Shown piece by piece: positions 39,702 to 49,100 of a stretch of DNA of 64,000 bases (positions are counted from its first letter, which is position 1; each line of letters begins with the position of its first letter). The position numbers and the translations under genes are program-made. The stretch is taken from NCBI GenBank assembly GCA_034520945.1, contig JAXHNB010000006.1, forward strand, positions 128,001-192,000. The letters run 5' to 3'. The stretch is from Trueperaceae bacterium (GTDB lineage Bacteria > Deinococcota > Deinococci > Deinococcales > Trueperaceae). The notes under the pieces are model-generated. The model was not told where the DNA came from. It searched no databases and saw only the letters and a list, made by a program, of their open reading frames with translations.

Positions 39702-40366
39702 CAGGCGGTCCCGTCCCCGCGGCCGTCCGCCCCCGGGTCGGTGCCGGCGTCGTCCGGCGTGGGCGAGGCGGCCTCGGTCGCGTCCGCAATCAGGCTGGTG
39801 CCCGCGCCGGGATCCGGGTCGGGGCGCGCGTGGAACGAGCGCGAGTGGGGATGGCCGGCCAGGAACGCGCTGTGCTTGATCGCCTCGCTGACGGCCTGGA
39901 CCAGCAGCAGCGCGAACGCCAGCACGATGACGGTCTTGATCGGATAGACGGGGATGCCGCCGGCGTTCAGGTCGATCTCGCCCTGGCGCCAGGAGGTGGC
40001 GACGTAGCGTCCCGAGAAGTGCAGGCCCATCAGGCAGAACGGGACCAGGAACATCGCGATCCCCCCGATGTCGATCCAGGCGCGCGCCTTGCGCGACAGC
40101 TGGCTGTACACGATGTCGACGCGGACGTGCGCGTTCATGCGAAACACGTACGCCGCCCCCAGCAGGAACACGAAGTCGTAGGCGTAGGTCTGAAGCACGA
40201 TGAACTCGGTGCCCCCGAGCGACATGCCGAGGGCCCGGCCGAGGTAGCGAGTCACCACGTTGTAGCCGCCGATCAGCACCATCGCCAGCGTGACCCACCA
40301 CGCCGTGCGGCCGACGAGCGTGCTGACGTCATCGATGCCCTTCGAGAGCGATAGCAGGAAGCTCAC
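39701..40366 (-). CDS. dctQ: TRAP transporter small permease
   Basis: Four TM segments, LLGAAY...HVRVDIVY motif; TGATG overlap with dctM. Confidence 0.9.
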   Translation of the reverse strand: MSFLLSLSKGIDDVSTLVGRTAWWVTLAMVLIGGYNVVTRYLGRALGMSLGGTEFIVLQTYAYDFVFLLGAAYVFRMNAHVRVDIVYSQLSRKARAWIDIGGIAMFLVPFCLMGLHFSGRYVATSWRQGEIDLNAGGIPVYPIKTVIVLAFALLLVQAVSEAIKHSAFLAGHPHSRSFHARPDPDPGAGTSLIADATEAASPTPDDAGTDPGADGRGDGTA

Positions 40367-40485
40367 GGTCACGCTCCTCGAACCTGTCCGACCGGGCGCA
40401 TCGTCCACCAGCGCCCGAGTCCGTCGGGACGCGGCATGGTACCCCGCGCCCAGAGGGCGGTCAACGACGCGCAGCGGGCGGAATC

Positions 40486-41580
40486 TCAGCGCAGGTAGCG
40501 GTCCACGTCGCGTTCGTGCGCCGGCAGCGAGGTGTTGGGCCGGAACACCGGGGTTCCCCCGTCGGTGCCGTGCAGAAAGTACAACCACGGCGCGCCCGAC
40601 TCGTGGGTGCGTACGGGCGCCAGCACGGACGACAGGGCGTCGGCGCCGGGGTTGCCGATCGGCCCGCGGGGAAGGCCGGTGCGGGTGTAGGTATTCCAGG
40701 GGTGGTCGACCCGAAGGTCGCCGTCGACGGCGGACAGCTCCGGCAGGCGCTTGTCCAGCCCGTACGCGACGGTCGGGTCGGACTGCAGCGGCATGCCCGC
40801 CTCCAGCCTGTTGAGGAACACGCCGGCGATGATGGGCATCTCCGTCGGCCCGGCCGCTTCGGCCTGCACCATGCTGGCCAGGGTGGTCCACGCGTGCACG
40901 GTGAGGTCCGCCTCCTGGAGTCGGGCTCTCGTCGCGTCGTCCAGGCGGGCCGCGAAGTGGTCCACCATGGTGCGCAACGCCTCGGCCACGTCGCCGCCTC
41001 GGTGGAACTCGTAGGTGTCCGGGAACAGGTACCCCTCCAGGCTGGCGCCGTCCGGCAGCCAGGGCGGCGCCAACGCGCCCGGATCCGCGATCCGGCCCAT
41101 CACCTCGTCCGCGTCGGCGACCCCGGCCTCGTCAAGCCGTACGGCCACCTCGCCAGCACGCAGGCCCTCCGGCACCACGACACGGGAGGTGCGTGGCCGG
41201 CCGCCCTCCACCAACCGCCGTGCGACCTCCGCCGCCGAAACGCCGGGGGCGAGATCGTACAGGCCTTCGCCGATGCGACGATCGAAGCCGCGCGCCCGGA
41301 GGTAGAGGGCGAACACGGTGCCGTCGCGGACCACGCCGGTCGCCTCGAGCTCGTCGGCGATGCGCGCCGCCCCCCAGCCGGGCAGGACCTCGAGCGTCTT
41401 GGTCGCGGTCGCGTTCGGATCGGGCGCCGACAGGCGCCACGTCGTCCAGGCGCCGGCCAAGGCGATCGCGGCGGTAAGCATGATCAGCAGGCGAGGGGCC
41501 AGGACCTTCCGGGGGCCGCGCCGCGGTGCGCCCGCAGCGGACGCATCGCCATCCCGTCGTTCCGGCCCTTCTTCGGTCAC
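40486..41580 (-). CDS. mltG: Endolytic transglycosylase MltG
   Basis: LEGYLFPDTY, LASMVQAEA, LQSDPTV and WNTY...GLPRGPIGNPG motifs. Confidence 0.93.
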   Translation of the reverse strand: MTEEGPERRDGDASAAGAPRRGPRKVLAPRLLIMLTAAIALAGAWTTWRLSAPDPNATATKTLEVLPGWGAARIADELEATGVVRDGTVFALYLRARGFDRRIGEGLYDLAPGVSAAEVARRLVEGGRPRTSRVVVPEGLRAGEVAVRLDEAGVADADEVMGRIADPGALAPPWLPDGASLEGYLFPDTYEFHRGGDVAEALRTMVDHFAARLDDATRARLQEADLTVHAWTTLASMVQAEAAGPTEMPIIAGVFLNRLEAGMPLQSDPTVAYGLDKRLPELSAVDGDLRVDHPWNTYTRTGLPRGPIGNPGADALSSVLAPVRTHESGAPWLYFLHGTDGGTPVFRPNTSLPAHERDVDRYLR

Positions 41581-42020
41581 GGCTCCGGCTCCGGCTCCCC
41601 CGCGGCCCGCGACGCGAGCCAACTCTCCAGGATCAGGACCGCCGCGGCCTCGTCCACGCGTCCCTTGTCCTGCCGCTTGCCGGCAGGAAGCGAACTGGTC
41701 GCCAGGCGCCGCTCGGCGATGGCGGTGGTGTAGCGTTCGTCCTCGAACGTCACCGACAGGCCCGCAGCATGGAGCGCCGTCGCGAACGCCCGGACGCGCT
41801 GGGTCTGGGCGGAGTCGCGCCCGTCGGTGCGGCGCGGCAGGCCCACCACGATGCGGGTCGCGCCCTCCGACCGGGCCAAGGCCGTCACCTCGCGGACGTC
41901 GTCTCCCTGGCGCCCCCGGCGCAGCGCCCCGCGCGGAAACGCCAGCCGGGAGCCCGTTTCGCCGCGCGCAACACCGATTCGAGCCTCGCCCACGTCGAGC
42001 CCCAGCACGATCTCGTTCAC
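41577..42020 (-). CDS. ruvX: YqgF/RuvX-family nuclease
   Basis: LGLDVGEARIGVA, VVGLP, DERYTT and DEAAAVLILE motifs. Confidence 0.94.
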   Translation of the reverse strand: MNEIVLGLDVGEARIGVARGETGSRLAFPRGALRRGRQGDDVREVTALARSEGATRIVVGLPRRTDGRDSAQTQRVRAFATALHAAGLSVTFEDERYTTAIAERRLATSSLPAGKRQDKGRVDEAAAVLILESWLASRAAGEPEPEP

Positions 42021-42024
42021 GGCC

Positions 42025-44778
42025 TCATTCCGAAAACAGGGCCTCGTCCAGCGCGCCATCCCGAAGTTCGGCCAGGACCGCCGCCAGCGCACCCGCGTCC
42101 TTGGTGCCCGCCTGCGCCATGTCGGGGCGCCCGCCGCCCCCACCGCCGGCGCGCTGGGCCAGGGCGCGCGCCACGTCGCCGGCCTTCACGCCGTGCTGCC
42201 GGGCGGCCTCCGACGCCTTCACCACCAGTGACGTCCCGCTGGCCGCCACCACCACGTCGGCCTTGCTGCGGGCGGCGGTGGTGTCCGCCAGGTGGCGGAG
42301 GTTGCCGTCGTCCAGCCCGTCGACCTCGGCGACCGCCAGCGTGCCGACGCCCGCAAGCTCTCGCGTGGGCACCTCGGCCCCGCCTCCGGTGCCGGCCTCG
42401 GCCAGCTTGGCGCGGACCTGCTGGACCTCCCGGCGGGCCTCCTTGAGTTCGGTCTGCAGCTTCTCGACACGCTCCGGGAGCTCGCCGGACCTTCCCCCCA
42501 GGGCGTGCGCCAGGGTGGCCTGGCGGCTTCGGAGCTCGCCGACGTGCGCCAGGGCCGCCTCGCCCGCCAGTGCGGTCACGCGGCGCACGCCGGCCGATAC
42601 CGCCTCCTCGGCGGTGATCAGGAACAGGCCCAGCCGGCCGGTCCGCGCCACGTGCGTGCCGCCGCACAACTCGACCGACACCGCTTGCTGGCCCGGCTGG
42701 TCCTCGCCCCCTGCGCCTTCGCCCATGGTGACCATGCGGACGCGCTCGCCGTACTTCTCGCCGAACAGCATCATTGCGCCCGCCCCGCGCGCCTCACGGA
42801 GGGACACCTCGCGCCAGTCGACCCGCAGGTCGGCCTGGATCCAGCGGTTGACGAGCTGCTCGATTCGCGCGATCTGCTTGGACGTGATGGCGTCCGGGTG
42901 CGACATGTCGAAGCGAAGGCGGTCCGGCGCCACCAGTGAGCCCGCCTGCGCCACGTGCGAACCCAGCACGCTGCGAAGCGCCGCGTGCAGCAGGTGCGTG
43001 GCGGTGTGATGCTTCTCGGTCTCGCGCCGCTCGGGCGCGACCTGCGCGTCCAAGCGGGCGCCGGCGTGCAGGGTGCCGCGGATCACCTCGATGTCGTGCA
43101 GCAGCAGACCCTGTGGGCTGCGCGTCGTGCTGCGCACGGCCGCGGCGCCGCCCGACCACGCCAGCTTGCCGAAGTCGCCGATCTGACCGCCCCCCTCGGG
43201 ATAGAACGGGCTCTGGCTCAGCACCGCGGTGCCGCGGCGCCCCTCGCCGAGCGCTTCGACCTCCTCGTCGTCGTCCAGGAGGGCCTCTACGCGCGCTTCC
43301 TCGGCGTCTTGGTGGTACCCGGTGAACGGCGTTTCGCCGACGCGTTCGGCAATGTGGCCCAGTGTGTCCGGCGCGGCCTCGAACAGCGTGCCCGCCCCGT
43401 GGCCGGTGCGGGAGCGTTCGCGTGCCCGTTCCCGCGCGGCGCGGTACCCCTCCGCGTCCACGCGCACCCCCCGCTCGCGGGCCAGGTCCTGCGTCAGGTC
43501 GAGGGGAAAGCCGTGCGTCTCCCACAGGTCGAAGGCGACGTCGCCGGGAAGTTCGTCGCCGTCGAGTCGATCCAGGAGCGCCGTGACGCGTTCGATGCCG
43601 GACGCCAGGGTCCGCAGGAACTGCGTCTCCTCGCCTTTCACGATCGCGGCGATCCGTTCGCGGCCGTCCACCAGTTCCGGGTAGGCGCCGCCCATCGCCT
43701 CGACCACCTGGTCGACCAGTTCGTGCAGCACCGGCTCGTGCAGGCCCAGCAGCCAAGCGTGCCGGCTGGCGCGCCGCAGCAGCATCTTGATCACGTAACC
43801 GGGACCGTCGTTGGCCGGAAGCACGCCGTCGGCGATCGCGAACGCCACCGCCCGCAGATGGTCGGCGATCACCCGGTGGGAGGTGCTCTCCTGTCCCTGA
43901 TACGGCTGGCCCGAACGGTCGGCGACCTCGCGAATGGTGGGTTGGAACAGTTCGGTGGCGTAGGCGTCCTCGTCCCCCGTCATCACGGCCACCAGGCGTT
44001 CGAAGCCCAGGCCCGTGTCGATGTTGCGTTGCGGCAGCGGCGCGAGTTCGCCGCCGTCGCGGCGGTCGAACTGTGTGAACACCAGGTTCCACACCTCGAC
44101 GAAGCGATCGCCGCCCCCCGTGTTGGGCCCGGTCTCGTCCTCGGTGCCGTAGGCGGGTCCGCGGTCGAAGAACACCTCGGAGCAGGGGCCACACGGGCCG
44201 TTGGGCCCTTCGCTGACGGCGCCGGCGGGCCAGAAGTTCTCGTCCTCGCCCCAGCGACTGATGCGCGCGTCCGGCACGCCCACCTCTTCGGTCCAGACGC
44301 GGTACGCCTCGTCGTCGTCCAGGTAGATCGTCACGTACAGTCGCTCCGGGTCGAAACCCAGCCGTTCGGTGAGGAACGCCCACGCCCAGGCGCACGCCTC
44401 CGACTTGAAGTAGTCGCCGAACGAGAAGTTGCCCAACATCTCGAAGAACGAGTGGTGTCGCAGGGTGCGCCCCACGTTCTCGATGTCGTTGATGCGGAGG
44501 CACTTCTGCGCGGTCGCGACCCGGTCGTGCACCCCCTCCACCCCGGAGAATCTCGGCGTGGCCCCCAGGAAGTACGGCTTGAACTGCACCATGCCCGCCG
44601 AGGTGAACATCAGGGTCGGGTCGTCGCTGCGAAGCGATGCCGATGGGCGCCTCAGGTGACCCTTCTCCTCGAAGAACGCCAGGTAGCGTTCCCGCAGCGC
44701 GTCGATCCACGCCCGCTGGGCCTCCGGCGCACGAGGGGCGGGGGGATGGGGGTCGGGGGCGGTGCGATCATGCGTCAT
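42025..44778 (-). CDS. alaS: Alanine--tRNA ligase
   Basis: DPTLMFTSAGMVQFK, FEMLGNFSFGDYFK, HTATHLLH, ELCGGTHV and GGGRPDMAQAG motifs. Confidence 0.98.
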   Translation of the reverse strand: MTHDRTAPDPHPPAPRAPEAQRAWIDALRERYLAFFEEKGHLRRPSASLRSDDPTLMFTSAGMVQFKPYFLGATPRFSGVEGVHDRVATAQKCLRINDIENVGRTLRHHSFFEMLGNFSFGDYFKSEACAWAWAFLTERLGFDPERLYVTIYLDDDEAYRVWTEEVGVPDARISRWGEDENFWPAGAVSEGPNGPCGPCSEVFFDRGPAYGTEDETGPNTGGGDRFVEVWNLVFTQFDRRDGGELAPLPQRNIDTGLGFERLVAVMTGDEDAYATELFQPTIREVADRSGQPYQGQESTSHRVIADHLRAVAFAIADGVLPANDGPGYVIKMLLRRASRHAWLLGLHEPVLHELVDQVVEAMGGAYPELVDGRERIAAIVKGEETQFLRTLASGIERVTALLDRLDGDELPGDVAFDLWETHGFPLDLTQDLARERGVRVDAEGYRAARERARERSRTGHGAGTLFEAAPDTLGHIAERVGETPFTGYHQDAEEARVEALLDDDEEVEALGEGRRGTAVLSQSPFYPEGGGQIGDFGKLAWSGGAAAVRSTTRSPQGLLLHDIEVIRGTLHAGARLDAQVAPERRETEKHHTATHLLHAALRSVLGSHVAQAGSLVAPDRLRFDMSHPDAITSKQIARIEQLVNRWIQADLRVDWREVSLREARGAGAMMLFGEKYGERVRMVTMGEGAGGEDQPGQQAVSVELCGGTHVARTGRLGLFLITAEEAVSAGVRRVTALAGEAALAHVGELRSRQATLAHALGGRSGELPERVEKLQTELKEARREVQQVRAKLAEAGTGGGAEVPTRELAGVGTLAVAEVDGLDDGNLRHLADTTAARSKADVVVAASGTSLVVKASEAARQHGVKAGDVARALAQRAGGGGGGRPDMAQAGTKDAGALAAVLAELRDGALDEALFSE

Positions 44779-44862
44779 CGAGGGCCTCCTACCTGCACGA
44801 CCGCCGAGTATAGCGGACCGGCGCGTGACGAGGCGTCCTACGCGGCGGTATCATCGCCCGCC

Positions 44863-46062
44863 GTGCGCGCCTCCTTTACCGACCCGCCCCGCCGAGCCCT
44901 CATGCTGACCGGATTCTTGGCGTACCTGGTGATGGGCGCCATCCAGGCGATGTACGGCCCTGCCTTCCCCGGCCTGTTGGATCGCTTCGCCATCGGCGTC
45001 GGGCGTGTGGGCGACGTCGTCGCGCTGCACTTCGCGGGCAGCTTCGTCACCATTGCCGCCTCGAGCCTGTTCCTGACGCGCCTGGGGTACCGGCCGGTGA
45101 TGCGCACCGGCGGCGCGGTGATGACGAGCGGCGCGCTGGCGGTGGCGCTGGCGCCGACGTGGCCGTGGGTGCTGGCCGGGGCCGCGCTGGGCGGCGTGGG
45201 CTTCGGGCTGCTGAACATCACCTTCAACCTGATGGTGGCCCGCGTGTTCGCCCCGCGCGCCGCGCCGTTCCTGAACCTCCAGAACGCCCTGTTCGGGGTC
45301 GGCGCGGTGCTGGGGCCGGTCGCGGTCGGGCTGGCCGGGGCGACGCTTCGGGTGCCGTTCCTGCTCCTCGCAATGATCACCCTGATCGTCACGGTCGCGG
45401 TGACGTGGCTGCCGGAACCCGAACGACCGGGCGGCGGCGAGGGGGAGCGCATCCCCTGGCTGCCAGCGTTCGGGTTCATGGCCATGTACTTCCTGTACGT
45501 GTCCGCGGAGGTCGGCGTGGCCAGTTGGGAGACCGTGCACCTGGAGCCGTTCCTGGGGGCGCGTGACGCCGCCTTCGCCACCAGCGCCTACTGGGCCGCC
45601 CTTACCGTCGGCAGGTTGCTGGCCAGCCCGCTGAGCGCCTACCTGCGGCCGTCGACGCTGGTGCTGGGGTCGGCCTGCCTGGGGCTCGCCGGGTTGGGGC
45701 TGGCGCACGTGGTGGCCGTCGCGCCGTTCGCGTACGCCGTGGTGGGGTTGACCTTCGCCCCGATCTTCCCGACCGGTCTGGCCTGGCTTCAGCGCGTGTT
45801 CCCCCGGCGGGCCGAGCAGGTCGCGCCGCTGGTGGTGGCGGCCGCCAATCTGGGGCCGGTCGCGACCGCCAGCGTGATCGGCGCGGCGGTCGCCGCCTTC
45901 GGCTCCGAGGTGATCCCCTCGCTGCTGGCGGTGTTGGCGGGGGTGCTGGTGGCCGTCACCCTGGCGCTGTGGTGCGGCACCGGCGGGTGCCGCGCACGTT
46001 CGCACGGCGGGGGCGCGCCGGCGCGTGCTAGCGTTTCTGGAGGGATCGAGGAGGGACCATGA
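44863..46062 (+). CDS. MFS transporter (FucP/TsgA-like)
   Basis: About 12 TM segments; FLYVSAEVGVASW, YWAALTVGRL and APIFPT motifs. Start is GTG 44863 (TATCAT 8 nt upstream) or ATG 44902. Confidence 0.85.
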   Translation: MRASFTDPPRRALMLTGFLAYLVMGAIQAMYGPAFPGLLDRFAIGVGRVGDVVALHFAGSFVTIAASSLFLTRLGYRPVMRTGGAVMTSGALAVALAPTWPWVLAGAALGGVGFGLLNITFNLMVARVFAPRAAPFLNLQNALFGVGAVLGPVAVGLAGATLRVPFLLLAMITLIVTVAVTWLPEPERPGGGEGERIPWLPAFGFMAMYFLYVSAEVGVASWETVHLEPFLGARDAAFATSAYWAALTVGRLLASPLSAYLRPSTLVLGSACLGLAGLGLAHVVAVAPFAYAVVGLTFAPIFPTGLAWLQRVFPRRAEQVAPLVVAAANLGPVATASVIGAAVAAFGSEVIPSLLAVLAGVLVAVTLALWCGTGGCRARSHGGGAPARASVSGGIEEGP

Positions 46063-46187
46063 CGCCCCGGTTGCACAGTACGCCGTTCGCGCACGGCCCG
46101 GGGGTCCGAAGCGCCGGCCGATGCGTGGCACGCACGGCCGCGCGAGGCGTGCAGGGCCGGCCGGCGCGGAACGGTCGCTGACCCGCC

Positions 46188-49100
46188 GTGCTGCCGCAGG
46201 ACGTTCCGTTCTGGCACTGGCTTCCTGCGCTCCTCGGGGGCGTGGCGATGCTGCCGGCGGCGTGGTTCGCCTGGCGCAGCCCCAGCGAAGGGGGGCGCCG
46301 GGCGGCGGCGTTCTTCTTGGCGGCCTCCGTGTGGTGCCTGGCGGCGGCCGCCGAGAACCTCGGCGGCGACGTCGCGGCGCATCTCCGTTGGGCGCGCTTC
46401 GGCATGCTGGGCGTGGCGTTCGCGGCCCCCGCCTGGGCGCTGTTCGCGTTGCGGTTCGCCGGCGTGCGGCTGAACGCGTGGCTCGAAGGGGCGATGCTGC
46501 TTCCCGCCGCCGTCACGGTGTTGTTGGCGTGGAGCGAGGCGGGCGTGGCCTGGATCTGGTCCGAGATACGCCTGGCGGAAGGCGTGCCGTACGCCGACGC
46601 GGTGTTCGTGCCGGGCCCCTGGCTCGGGCGTGCGTTTCTGCCCTACGCGGCCGTGATGGTCGCCGCCGGCGTCAGCGTCCTGGCGTGGCGTTGGATCCGG
46701 GGCGACGAGGCGCAGACGTGGCGCTACCCCGCCCTGATGGCCGCCAGCGCCGTGCCGGTCGTCACCGCGATGGTCCATTTCCGGGCGGGCGGCGGCCCGG
46801 CGGCGTTCGACGCGACGCCGGTGGCGGTGGCGGCGGCGGGGGTCGCCATGGCGTGGTTGGTGCTCGACCGGCGACGGTTCGACACCCTGCCGCTGGCCCA
46901 TCGCTTGGTGTTCGACTCGCGTCCCGACGCGGACCTGGTGCTGGATCGGACCGGGCGCATCCTCGATCTGAATCCTGCCGCCGAGCGGTTGCTGGGCGTC
47001 ACCCTTCGTCGCGTCCGCGGACGGCCGTTGGCGCGCGTCGCGTCGTACCTCGCCGCCGCCGTGCCCAGCGGCGCGCAGGGCGAGGTGCGCGACCCGCGCA
47101 CGGGCCGGCGCCTTCAGGTCGAGACGCGCCGCCTACGGCGCGGCGGTGCCGAGCTGTGGACCGTCCAGGACGTGACCGAGCGGGTGCGCGAGCGCGAGGC
47201 CCTGCAGCGCCGCGGGCTGTTGCTGGAGGCCGTGGACGCCCTGGTGGCCCACGACGCTCCCGCTCCCGACGCCGCCACGTCCGAGCCAAGCACGCCGCAG
47301 GAAGGTGCGGAGGGCGGCGACGCGCTGACGCGGACGATGGCGCGGATCGGCCGGGCGCTGGACCTGGACGCCGTCCGGCTGATCGTGGACGAGGGGGGTG
47401 GCGAGGCGTTCACGCTGCGCGCCGCCTGGCAGCGGCACGGGGCCGCGCCCGCCGGCCGGCAGGCCTACGAAGACGCCGGCCTGATCCCGGTCCGTGACGC
47501 GATCCGGCGCGGCAAGACCACCATGATCCTGCCCGCTCCGTCCGACGCGCACCGCCGCGCCGTGACGTTGCGCCTGGGCGGCGAGGCGTGGGGCGCCCTG
47601 ATCCTGGACGGGGGCGATCCCGAGCGGTTGGACGACCTTCGCGACGCCCTCGACAACACGGCGCGCAGCCTGGCCGGCTGGTTGCAGCACGAGCGGGCCC
47701 AGCGCGAACGGCGCCGCAGCGACCGCTTCCGCGCCGGATTGCTGGAGCTGACCCGTACGCTTCTGCTCGGCAGGGTCGGGGAGGACGGCTACCGCCTGGC
47801 GGTACGCCATGCCGCACGGGCCATTCCGGGGGCCGAAGCGGGTGCGCTGTTCGTGCGCCGGCACGGTCACGATCGCTTCGAATGCGTCGCCAGTCTCGGC
47901 AGGCCGCTCGGGAACGAGGCGCGGGCGGCGCAGTCGTGGTCCGACTTGGGGGCGGAGGTCGGTGCGGGCGTGCGAACGCTGAGCGGCGCCGACGCCAGCG
48001 ACGTCGGTCCGGGCGTTCGGGCGGCGCTGTTGGCGCCGGTGATGCTGGACGGCCGGGCCGAGGCGTTGCTGCGCCTGGAGAGCCTGTCGCGCGCCGATGC
48101 CTTCGGCGCGCGGGAGGTCGCCATGGTCGAGGCGTTCGCCGCCCAGGTGGGGGCCGTGCTGCGCCGGCTCGAACAGCAAGCCGAAAGCGAGCGTGCCGCG
48201 GCGGCGCAACGCCTGCTGGCCGACGTGGAACGCCTGTTGCTCACCTCCGACGACTTGGGCGTGTTCGTGCCCGTCCTGGCGCGGCGCGTGTTGGGGGCGA
48301 AGCTGTGGCCGCTGGAGCGTCTGGCCGTGCTGGCCGTCCGTCCCGATGGCACCGTGGACCCTCGGGTGCACGGGCCCGAGGGCCGGGACCTGGCGCTGGA
48401 GGCCGAGGCCCGCACGGCGCCCGTCCGGGTCGAGGCGTTGGCGGAAGTGTTGGGCACGGACGGCCCCTCGGTGGCGCGCGGTCGCGGCGTCGGACCGCCG
48501 GGCCTCGCCCGCGTGCCCTGGGCCCGCGCCGCCGCCACCTTCCCGCTGCGGCTGGCTGGCGAGCCGTGGGGGGCGTTGACGTGGCTGTCCAGCCGAGCGG
48601 ACGCCTTCGGCGAACCCACCTTGGCGTGGCTGGGCCAGGTCACCTCCGCGCTCGAGATGGCCCTGCTGCGGCAGCGGGACCGGCGGCGCACCGAACGTCA
48701 ACTCGCGCGCCTTCGGGCGCTGGTCGACACGGGCGAGGCGTTGCGGACCTGCACCCGCCGCGCCGACGTGGTAAAGCGGGTGCTCGCCACGCTACGCGAG
48801 GTGACCGGCGCGGATCACTGTGCGTTGACGCTCGCGGACGAGGCGCATGGAGGTCTGCACGTCGCAGGCGAGATGCACCGCGACGAGCGGTCTGCCCGGG
48901 CTACGGGCGAAGACGGCGCAAACACGCGCCGGGTGCGGCGGGTCCTGTCCGAGGACGACACGGTGACGTGGGCTGGGTCCGACGCGGACGCCGGGGCGTG
49001 GATGGGCACCCCCCTACGCAACGCGGACGGCAACCCGGTCGGGGTGCTGCACGCCAGCCGCGGTGCGCCCGGTGGGCCGTTCGAACCGGACGAGGTGGGG

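Noticed and set aside
40486..44778. alaS-ruvX-mltG cluster as a novel system
   Set aside because: This is a well-known conserved gene order in many bacteria.
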